A stretch of DNA of 64,000 nt from Geosiphon pyriformis uo1 (taxonomy: Eukaryota > Fungi > Glomeromycota). Position 1 is the first letter of the stretch; each line of letters opens with the position of its first letter. Shown in pieces: positions 26,157-37,400 of the stretch. The stretch is from assembly GCA_016748015.1 (NCBI GenBank), contig JAAOMT010000135.1, positions 186,001 to 250,000 of the forward strand. The letters are read 5' to 3'. Under the pieces are notes generated by a model. That model worked only from the letters and a program-made list of their open reading frames with translations, was not told where the DNA came from and ran no database searches. Both the position numbers and the translations under genes were made by a program.

Positions 26157-29100
26157 CTACGTTTTGATAATGATGATTGGTTCCAGATTTCGTGGTATAT
26201 CTTTTGGTCTGATTAATGAAATTTGTGTTCCTAGTTGAGGTACTGATGATGATGATTCCTGTTTTACATGATAAATTTTTAACCGATTTCCATGTGCTAC
26301 TTTCTTTAAAATCCTGTCTTCCAATTGTAATTTGTAAGCTCTATTTCCTAACACTTCGTGTATATAGAATGGACTGTCCCACTTTGGGTCAAACTTTCCA
26401 CTTCACTGTTTTTCAGTTTTTGTATGATGTAATAGTACTTGGTCTCCAATCTTGAATTCCATTGGTTGTTCTGATAGGTGTTTATCATGTCTTTCTTTTT
26501 GTCATTCTTGAGCATGACTAATATTGCCAGCTGCTGTTCTTCGATTGTTTTTCAATGTTTCCATTAGCTGGTATGTTCTTTGGTGTAAGGTAGCCTCAAA
26601 ATTCTTTTCATTGATTGTTTTTGTTGGGTATAATAGTATCACTCGTTCAATCAGTAACATAGCTTTTCTTCCATAGACTAGTTTAAACGGTGTGAACTGA
26701 GTCATATTTTGTTTCAATGTTTGGTATGCAAAGAGTACAGAAGGTATAAATAAGTCCCATTCTTGTCTGTTTTTATGACTTATTTTTGCTAGTGCTTTGC
26801 ACAGTGTTCTGTTAAATTGTTCTACCAGTCCGTTCATTTGTGGATGGTATGGTAATGATAAGAGTCTCTTTATTCCAAACTATTGGCTTAGTTCTGTCAG
26901 CATATTATTAATGAAGTGTGTTCCCTGATCAGATAATAATTCTTTCGGACATCCATGTCGGCAAATTAGGTCTTGATGCACAAATTCGGCAACTGTTTTG
27001 GCATCGGCCACTTGGATTGCTCTGGCTTCTGGCCATTTTGTAAGATAGTTTATGGCTACAGCAATATAGCAATTTCTTTGAAATGTAATTAAAAAAAGTC
27101 CAACCAAATCAATTCTGATTCTATCAAATGGATTTCTAACTAGAATGGGTCAAAGTGGTTCTGTTGATCTTGCTCTTCCTTTTTGCTGGCATGTGTCACA
27201 ATTGAGCACGTATTCGAAAATGTCTTTGTGCATCATTGGCCAATAGTATAAGTTTAGTGTTCTTTCGAGGGTAGTGTTTTTGTTAAAGTGTCCTGTAGTC
27301 GGATCTGAGTGCATGCTATATAGTATAGTTTTTTTTTCACTGTTCGTGATTAGTTGTTGTGGGTTGGGGTGGTTTCAGCGTTCTCATTAATATAGTTGGT
27401 TGTCTTGAATAAAATAATTTCGGGCTTGTTTTCATATGGTACTCTGTTCCTGTTGAGATAATATCTCCTTGAAACATAGTGTCGATAGATACTGATATAG
27501 TCATTGATAAGTAAGTGTGTTCATGGGTCTGGGATTAGGTTTGTGGCATCCTTGACAAACTGTTGGCATTGGTGTTCTTGGATCCTTCCTTGTAATGAAC
27601 TTTGAGTGGAAATTGTTGTAGATAAGTACTCTATCTTGCATATTTTCCTTCTAGTTATGGATTGTTGAGTAACCAAATAAGTCTTTTGTGGTCGGTATAT
27701 AAGTCAAATGGTTGACTGAGGTAATGTTTCCAAGTCTGTATGGCCCAATAAATGGCAAGACATTCTAGATCTGTTGTGCTGTAATTCTTTTCTGCTGGGC
27801 TAGTGCTGCAACTAGTATAGGCAACTGGGTGTTCTCTATTGTCCGGTCCTATCTGTGATAAAACTGCTCCTAGAGCATTTTTCGAGGTGTCCATAGTGAC
27901 AATAAACCATTTAGTGAAATTTGGGTAAATCAGGATTGGGGATGTGATCAATTGCTGCTTGAAATAGTCGAATGCTCTCTGTTGATCTTCCTTCCACAAG
28001 TACGGTACGTATTTGGACAACAATTAATGGAGTGGTTTTGCGATGTTCGAGAAATCTTTGACAAATTAATGATAATATCCTGCTAATCCTAGAAATTCTC
28101 GTAATTCTCTGAGGTTGATTGGGGCTGGAAAATCCTTGATTTTTTGTACTTTATCTGGATTGGGTTTAACTCTGTTCTTGCCGATTACATGTCCTAGGAA
28201 TTTTAACTCAGTTTTTCCAAAGAAGCACTTCTCGGGATTGAGTTTCAATCCGGCACTACGAAGGCATTCAAAGACTTGTTGCAGGTGGAGCAGATGGTCT
28301 TTAAATGTTTCAGAGAACACGTTTGTGTCGTTTAGATAGACTACTACTGATTTCCAAAGAATTCCTTTGTATACTACATTCATCAGGCATTAAAACATGG
28401 CAGGAGCATTACAAAGTCCAAAAGGCATTATGTTAAACTCAAATTTTCTGTCTCGAGTGGTAAACGCTGTTTTTCCTTTGTCTTTGGGGTCCATTTCAAC
28501 TTGCCAGTAACTACTTGCTAAATCTAATAATGAGAACCATTTCTTTTTTCCTAAATTGTCCAGAATTTCCTGGATGAGGGGAGTGGGATAACTATCTCCT
28601 TGCATGACACTATTTAGTTTTCAATAATTTACACAGAATTGCACTTTTCCGTTTTTCTTGGTGACCAAGACTACTGGCAAGGACCAAAGACTTAACGATT
28701 CTTTGATTAGGCCGTTATTAAGCATCCGTTGCACTTCTTGCTTAATTAGATTATCACCAGATGGAAGTACGCGGTAAGCTCATTGCTTAATTGGTTGAGC
28801 ATCTCCTGTATCAATCTGATGCTTCACAATGTCGGTGCATCCAAACTCATTTTTGCTGGCAAAGACATTGGCATACTGATTCAGAAGGACTTTGAGTTGC
28901 ATTTGTTACAGGGTACTTAAATTTCCTAAATTCAATTTATTGATCTCTTCTGGTGTGAACAAGTAACTTTCTTTTGGCAAATTCCATACTTGTGAGGTAA
29001 TGTCACAGAATAAAAATAATTGTGCGAAATCTGGAATTGACTGGGGTTTTTTAGAATTCTGACTATCTGCGGATATGGAACTGATGAGGGTTCCTTTAGA

Positions 29101-31170
29101 GATTTCAATGACATCTTCTGTTGGGTTGTGGATGGGGATTTTGAAGTGTTTATGGGCTTTGGCTGGTAGGTATAGATTAGCAACATTGGCTAGGGAACAG
29201 ATTTCAGGACTGGCTTCGAATAATAGGGCTTGATCTTGGATCTTTTAATTCACCTTGAGGATGTATTGTCGGTATGGGAGAATGGAGATGACAGTGTTGG
29301 TGTGAATAAATTCTATCTGGTCACTGTTTTCCTCCATGAAATTAACTGGTACATTTCCTTTTCCACTTGATCCAAATCCATTGATTCCTCGGGCAGTAAG
29401 GCCTAACTTTTTTCAGATTGTTACCAGGGTTAATTGGGGTATTTTGACTAGGGGTAGGAAGATAGCTTGGGCAATCTTTTCTTGTGATTCTATTTTGTAG
29501 GGTCTGTCTGAATTGTTTTGTAGCATTACGATGATGTTTCCCGTGTAACCGGCATCGATGATTCCTCTTTTTATGTCGATTTTTTTCTTGGCTAGACTAA
29601 ATCGAAAGGCAACTTGTACCATTGTACTAATAGGAATTTCTAACGCTATCTTAAGATCTATTTTTACGAGGGAATGTGGGACTATAATGATGGGTGATTG
29701 TTCAGGGTATCATAGATCAAAACTGGCATCAATGTTATGCGCTCTTTTGGGGCAGATTCCTTCCTCGTTGTCACTGTACTATTTTAGCTCTAGTTCTTTG
29801 GAGAGGTCGGGATACGTGAGATACTGTTCTGTTTCAGTATCCTCAGTTGGATTTTGAAACGACATGTCTTTGGTAATCAATACCTCTTCTTTGGGTTCAG
29901 GTAGTTCAGTGATTGGAAACAGTATTCTTAGAGGTGGATTAAACATAAGATCACATTCATCGCAGTACTGGAAGTGACAGGGGATCAAACAGTGATTGCA
30001 TAGTTTGGTATTCAAATTGGCCAATCTTTGCTTCTGCTTCTCACGAGTTGGGGCCAATTCCTAATATTGGTTCTAAAATGTGTCTGGATCATCTGTGAAG
30101 AAATCATCCTTGGGGTAGTCGGGTCCAGTATATTCGGGCATCCAATGGTTGTTCTTAATTTCTCGTATTTCTTCGGTCATGGTGCTTTCAGCCTTGGCGC
30201 TTGCCATTCTTCAGATTTTGTGGTCATTATGTGGATAACCATCTAGCCTGTTGAGTGTTCGTTTCTAAGCGTCCTCGATGGAGGTTCTCTTTCATACCCA
30301 ATTATTGATTAATATGGTGTATTGACAAGCCTTATCGCATGTTTCTCCTCTGCCAGGCACATCATTCCAGAGTCCTTTATCTGGCAGGATTTTGCCACAT
30401 GCGAGGCACGGCGTGTGGTCTCACTTGCCTTGTTGTTTTGGTCATCCAAATCTTTCCAGTAAACAAGACCTGCAATAGTATTTGGTGATGGTGGGCCATT
30501 CTTTGTTGTCTCCAATACATGCGCCCATAGTAGATAGTTTTTTCTCACAATCAACACATATTAGTCTTGGAGGTTGGTAAAATAAGTTTTTTTGGTCCGA
30601 GGTTACGTATCCTAGTGATGATAATTGGAGTTCTTTTTTGGCTCTGCCTTTTCCTTTTTCTTCCCAGGTTGGTGGTGGGAGTAGTTTAGTTCGATAATTA
30701 TCTGCCCATGAAACCTGATAGGTCTTGATGGTTGGTGGCATTGATGTGTCTTCGAATTCAATAAGAGATTCCTCAGTATGTTGGTTTTTAAAGTGTCCAC
30801 ACATAGCTGGGACTCGGGCATGCTGTCCGTTGAACGTGAGTTGAAGTTCTTGGGTGTTCCAGTCGAGAATAGCATTGACTTTTGACAACCAGTCATTTCC
30901 TACTAGAGCTTGATATTGAGTAGCTTCCATGATGAGTACTTTGGTAGAGATTTGGATTCCATTAATCTTGAAGAGGAAGTTGTCAATTTCTTCTATCGGG
31001 GTTTTTGTGTTCCCATTCGCTGTAATGATCTGGGCGGTAGCAGCATAGTCTACTCAGTGACTTAGTTGGTCCATGAGCTGCTTCGTGATTATGCTACTGG
31101 CTGATTCACTATCCAGGATTAATTTAATGTCTATTTCTCCGACTCTGGTATTGGTGTATAGGGTCATTAT
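26157..31170 (-). pseudogene. E1 pol: PR, Cys-rich region, dUTPase (~29360-29780), RT, RNase H, integrase
   Basis: LILDSESASSII; ASFDL, GIIDAGYTG, EKIAQAIF, RGINGFGSSG; LDLASSYWQ, MPFGLCNAP, YLND; LSDQGTHF, GLVEQFNRTL. Confidence 0.92.
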
Positions 31171-33324
31171 TGGTTTATCCTGATTGATGGCTGCTCTACT
31201 AAAAAGGCTATGTGTGTTCAAATTATGGATGTCAAAAGGAAATATGGCAGTTAGGGTGGTGTCTTCAGTAATAGTGGCTGGTGGGATATTGCTTTTTGTT
31301 TGCTTGGAAGATTGGGAGATTCATTTTATATCCTTATCTTCCACAGGTGTAGATTTATCAAAACCCTGGTCTTCCATAAGACTGAGATAAGAAGCTTGAT
31401 TCAGGTATCCAGTTGGTATTGGTCGAGATTGGGCAGGACTGCGAAGGATTAGTTGAGACGGTCCACTATTGGTTTGCACCTGATTGTTGTTGGGATTTCT
31501 CCATCTCTGATTATAGTTTATAGCTCGAGATCTGGATGGGCTGTAAGGGAAAGTTTGATAGTGAGGGATTGCTTGTGTTATTGGTAGTAGTTGATAATAA
31601 TTCTGGGGCAGTGGTTGAGTGTACAGGACTTGTTGTGCATATAGGAGTGGTTAATTCTGAGGTATGGAATATTGGGATACCATGTTTTGCTGATATCTGG
31701 GTTGCTGGTATGAATTTTTTTGATTTTGGTCCATGATCTTTCTTCTGCAGTCACGGGCGATGTGTTCAGATTTCTGGCAGTAGTAGCAGTTGTGGGGATT
31801 GGATCTCCAAGGTTGTTGCTGTTGCTGACAGTTCTGTTGCTATGGGTATCTGCTGTTGTTGTTATTTTCTCTCCATTGGGGTGGTTGGTAAGTTCTTGTA
31901 GTTCCGGCTAAGAATCCCTCAATTTTCTGAGTTAGTTTCTCACTTAATTGGGTTATCTTTGTGTTAATGTCAGAGGTTCTATTAATGGCTAAATTAACAG
32001 CTTGGGTATGATTTGCTTTTTGTTCTGCAGACTCAAAATTGCAAGCGAAAGTGACGGCATCTTGTAAACTGGTCAGATGGCGGGGTCTTATAGATCTTAG
32101 AATACTACTCTGCAATTCTTTAATGAATTGATTAAAAACTTGCACCACGGTGTAGTAGTTCCTTTCGATAACTAATATTTGATGCAGGATTTGATTGAAT
32201 CGTCTGAGATAAGTAGTTACTGCTTTGTGATCTTTTTGTTTAATTATGCTGAATTGATTTTGCAATCGGATTAATGTATTGGAGTCACAGAAGTATTGCA
32301 GAAATGCGAGTTTAAACTCGGTAAAGGAGGTAGGCTTCTCTGTCAGGCTCTGGTACCATGAATTGGTGGTTCCAGTCAAAAAGAATGGCAGTGCCTGAAC
32401 TGTGTGGTCATCGTTTCAACTATTAGCGGTAATTGCTTTCTCGGTGTCTGCAATCCAAAAATATGCATTATCTTCTTCACCAGAGAATTTTTCCAATTTA
32501 GCAATATCCCGGTAAGCCATGATCCAGTTAATAGGTGGGGTGTTACTGGTTATGTTTAAAGGGATTGGTGTCCGTGTATTTGAGTGTTCTCCAGGTGCTA
32601 ATACTAGTTGTTTTCCTTTGTCGCTTAAACCAATAAGTTGTAAAATAGCTGTTTCTTCTGTTAGGGGAGATGCTGATTCTACTAGATTTTGTGCTGGTGG
32701 CTGTTCCCAAGTTGATGGGTTTCCTTCTGTTTAACCGGCTGCTGGAATAAGATTTCCAAACAGCGATCCGTATTCTCCTAGTGATTTGGTCCAACTGTGT
32801 TGATTCCAAGGGTGTGGATTTCCAAGAGTTCGTGGTGTTTCCGACTGGGTTTCCAGGGGTGGGTTGAATACAATTCTACTTTGGGATGTCTGATGGTATG
32901 ATGGAGTTGTTGGGGAGAGAACTCTTGGTTTTTTGTTGACCATGGACTTGGCTTGGGCAGTTATAGAGTTGTTGAATTTGTTTTCGTATTCCTCAGAGTC
33001 GGATTCCACTGGTTGTTGTACTTAAGGGAATCATTGTGCCATGTAATATTTAATATCTGTATCGATTATGCGCAGAGTTTCAGCAATTGCTCGGGTAGTT
33101 GTGACTGTTGAGTACCCTAGTAAGCTTTGATGGATTTGTTCTCTAAGTCTTCTTGTATCAGTTGTGCAGCCTAACAAGCAGTCAATTTTTGCATTGATAT
33201 AGTTACAAAAATCACTTTCTGCATAAGCAGTTCCTGCTGGTATTCCTAGATCTTTTCGAAAGTATTGAAATAGTGCTTTTCCATATGAGGAGTGGTCCTT
33301 TCCTATTGTTCCAATAGTCGCCAC
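31171..33324 (-). pseudogene. E1 gag: helical N-domain, S/T/P linker, capsid, CCHC knuckle
   Basis: IAKLEKFSGEED..ALPFFLTGT..W..F..F (Retrotrans_gag), CYYCQKSEHIARDC at ~31746-31787. Confidence 0.85.
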
Positions 33325-33367
33325 TTTTATGTATTTTTGGGGGTGCTCTGTCTCTGTGGATTTATAA

Positions 33368-33384
33368 CCTCACAAGAAGCACCA
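33368..33384 (-). promoter_or_regulatory. E1 primer-binding site TGGTGCTTCTTGTGAGG
   Basis: 2 nt after the LTR end; complementary to a tRNA-like 3' end CCUCACAAGAAGCACCA. Confidence 0.8.
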
Positions 33385-33386
33385 AA

Positions 33387-33787
33387 TATTATGGGTAAAC
33401 TTGGTGAGTATAAAAAATGGTAACATTTGGTGCTCTCAATTATTGATGATGCATCTTCCACGTAATTCTGTTGGCTTAGTCTTGATTATCAGTCTCTAAA
33501 GGTCTATTCCTGTATGTGAATTTTACCCATTGAGTTCTTTGGTTATATGGCACAGAGTTTGTCTTTCGTCAATTGCAACGTTTTTTCGTAAATATAAGCT
33601 TTCTTCTCCGAACTAACAAGCGCAGTCGTTAGGGTCTGGCATTGTCTTTTTGCCTTTCTGATAAGCTAACAAGATAATGTTAATATCCAAAACTTAGGGG
33701 GAGCTTCCCTCTTTTACCAGGCTATCACGAAGTCTATTCCCAAACAGTCGATTTTACTATGTTGCTACTCCACAAAAAATAAGACAG

Positions 33788-33835
<48 letters not shown>

Positions 33836-34432
33836 ATAAAAATAAAAATAAATAAAAATTAAAAAAAATGAATTAGTATTGTCAATTGCTATGATCAAAA
33901 ACAATTAGTCCAAGTTATTAATGGTTTGAAACAGTTATACTAAGAGCATCTGTTCTAGAATAAAGATATAAAACAATAGTTAATTTATGTAAATTTCACA
34001 AAGTTTGAGAACATAAATTCATAATTCTGATTTCTCAATAATTGATTTATTTTAGAAGATAAATATGGAATAGAATAAATAATGGAAGAGATAAGAATAT
34101 TTAATTTTTGTCTAGTGGTTTGTATATAGATGTCTCTCATTTCTAACTTTTACAACTACTTATTTTTATACATTTTTTTGGTTTTACAGGATTGCTTTTG
34201 CTATTTCTGTTATTGCTTTAGTCTTTTACATTATTCTTAGTTATCCTCTGTTATAATGCATTATCTGGTGTTATTACATGTTATTCTGTGTTATTCTACA
34301 TTATAACACGTTATTTTGCATTATTCTAAGTTATAATGCATTATTTAACATTATTGTGTACTATTCTGTATTATGTCATGTTTTGGTCACGTTTTTTTAT
34401 AACTTTAGATTAGTTTTTCTACTCAGGTAACA
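33387..34432 (-). repeat. E1 5' LTR
   Basis: Direct repeat of 24233-25327; ends GGTAACA at 34432. Confidence 0.92.
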
Positions 34433-37400
34433 CTAACTTTTAATTATACTTATTTTTTAAAAAAAACCTAAATTTAACAATTAAAACAAATAAAATTTCA
34501 ATTATATAAAGAGTATATTATGTTGTATAATAATCAATAGTATCCAAAATACTATCTTTTTAACATATTATTATTTATTAAAAACAACAAATATGAAATC
34601 AAATTTAAAGAATTTGAATTAAAAAAAAATTGCCAACAACACTAATCTATTTACTTAAAAATCAATTAAAATTAGAGTCACTCAAAACTGGAAATCAGCG
34701 ATGGTTGTTCACCAACCAATTCCCAATTCACTAAACTCACCATCAGGATCACACACCCAGAATTTGGATACCAGTCACGTTCAAAACCCAAATTCTCAAC
34801 ATTATTTAAGTCTCCTAGTTACCCCAGAAAATGCCACCTCCAACAACACAAAATTCAATTAGCACATACCTACCAACACCATTTCACCGGCAACCATCTC
34901 TAGCGACAAATCCCTAGCAGCCATCTTTTCTTTCGAACTCAAAGAAAACACAACAATACCATTATTCAGTGGAGCCACCCTTGAAAAGAAACCCATAACA
35001 ACCATGTACATGGATGCCAGAGTTGATGGTCATCTCATCAAACTCATCCTAGATAGTGGATCAGCTGGCAGCATAATTACTAGACAACTCATGGATCAAT
35101 TAGGTTGCCAAGTTGATTGAGCTGCCAGTGCCAGAATCATCACAGCCGATGGAGTGACCAAAACTCCAATTGGCAAAATCGACGATTTCCCTTTTGAAGT
35201 CAATGGCATCGTGACTCCCATTAAAGTTCTAGTAATGGAAGCCACTCAATATCAAGCTCTTGTTGGTAATGACTGGCTATCCAAAGCCAATGCAATGTTA
35301 GACTGGAACACCCAGGAACTCCAGCTAACATATCAGGGCCAACACATACGTGTTCTGGCCACATGTGGCCACTTCAAAACTCCTCCAAGAGAGAAACTAT
35401 TGATCAAGCTGGAGGAGGAGAAAGAAAAGCCTACCTGAGAAGCCTACCAAGTATTGTGGGCTGACGAAGAGCACAATGAGCTGCTGTCAATACTCTTCTG
35501 GGATGACAACTATCAGAAAAAAGAGAAACAAAAGAAAGAACTTACCTGGGAAACCGATGACCTAACGTGAACCAACCATGATGAGAGCGAACCAACTTCA
35601 AGTTGGGAATGGGAAGAAGACAATAAAAATAAAGAGAAGGGAAAAGAAAAAAAGACCACTCAAACCACCATCACTTATAACACTTACACTACACCACAAC
35701 AATCTACCTATCATCAACCCAAGCTTATCTGCATCAATTGTGGCAAAAAATTGTCGTCAATGGGTGCATGCTGTGGGGACAATAAGGAATATTCAATGGC
35801 AACTAGGTTCTATTGCTGCCCATGCATCCTTGAATGCTTTAGAAGAACAAAACAAGTAGGGAAATGGGACAATCAGCCATGCTTAGCTTGTGGAGAGACT
35901 CTCTTGGATGAAGGAATATGGCATGACATTCCTGAACATGGAAGAATGTGCGACGTATTGTGTCAATACATGATTCTAATAAGTGACTGGGTAAGAAAAA
36001 GAACCCCAATAGAAACAGCCTAAAGAAGCAGTACAGCGATTGGACAGTTATCCACATGACGACGACAAAATTTGGCAAATGGCACTTGCAAAAATTGAAG
36101 GGACGACACCAGAAAAAATAAAAACGATCAAAGACAACCCCCCAGAACCTTTAGAGCTTGACTGGCATGTGGAACCCATCATAAACCTTCTGGACCTGGA
36201 ACAATTCCATGAACACTATCAAGAATTAGCACCCACAAGGGAAGAACAAGAACAACGGTTAGAGCAGTTAAATGCTTGACTATGTCAACACTGCCTAATT
36301 CCCTATGACTTCTAGTATTGTGATGAGTGTGACCTCATTTACAATCCATCACCACATTTGATCTACACGATCCTGAAAGAGGAAAAACCAATCAGCAGCT
36401 GCGCATCAGAATCAGAATCACCAATCAATCACAATTCAAACTCCGACAATGACGATAACAACAATAGTTCAAGCTCCATTCAAAAGGGCAATGACAACGA
36501 CAATGATTCCAACTCAGATACAAACTCCGATGTAAACTATGAACAATACATTGCACTACCAGATCTCTCCAAAGAACAAGAGTTGAAATGGTATAGTGAC
36601 AATGGAGAAGGTATTATGCCAGAACGGGCGCATGATACTGATGCAGGGTTTGATCTGAGATATCCAGAAAAAGATGCCATCAAATTGGAACCGCATTCAC
36701 ACACCTGTATTGATCTAAAAATAGCACTAGAAATTCTGGCAACAATCATGGTTCAATTAGCATCTAGGAGTAGTTTAGTGAAAAGAAGAATTAATATAAG
36801 AAGAGGAATAATTGACGTGGGATATGTAAGAAATATCATTGCTATGCTACAAAATGACTCAGAAAAGGCCTATGTAATAGAGCCCAATGAAAAGATAGCA
36901 CAGGCAATATTCCTGTCTCTGGTTAGAATAGCTCAGTTAGTGTCAGTGGAAAAGAGGAAGGAATTAGGAATAACAGCGAGAGGAATACAAAGATTTGGAT
37001 CAACGGGTAGAATAAAAGTACCAGTTAACATGGCAGAGGAAAAAATTGTTGGCCAAGGAGAAATTATCTCAACTGGTCAAGCTATTTCTATTCCACCATA
37101 TAGCCAGTACATGTTAGCAATAGAAAGAAAGAAAAAGGAGCAAGAACAGATGTTTGAAGTGGAAGCAACCCTTTGTAAATCGGGAGAGATTGGATTGATC
37201 AATCTCCACATACCAGCCAAAAGCTATAGCAGCATAAAAATTCCCATTTACAACAATACTGGCAATGTCATCAGCATACTAGAAGGAACCACCATCGGAT
37301 ATTTGACCACAGAAATAGAGGACCAACCACCAAACCCCATTCCAGACTTTTCACAACTTTGTAGATATGTTGACATCACATTACAAACAATCTATGGACG

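Larger units (their letters stand above)
24233..34432 (-). mobile_element. Ty3/Gypsy LTR retrotransposon E1 (LTR-gag-PR-Cys domain-dUTPase-RT-RH-IN-ORF3-LTR), pseudogenised
   Basis: Two ~1.05-1.1 kb LTRs, PBS, PPT, and PR-RT-RH-IN order with LDS, YLND, MDTS/DLECLAI, HHCC-DDE. Confidence 0.95.

Noticed and set aside
33788-33868. Long poly-A as a retrocopy tail
   Set aside because: Corresponds to the (GAAAA)n tract at 24630-24680 of the sister LTR
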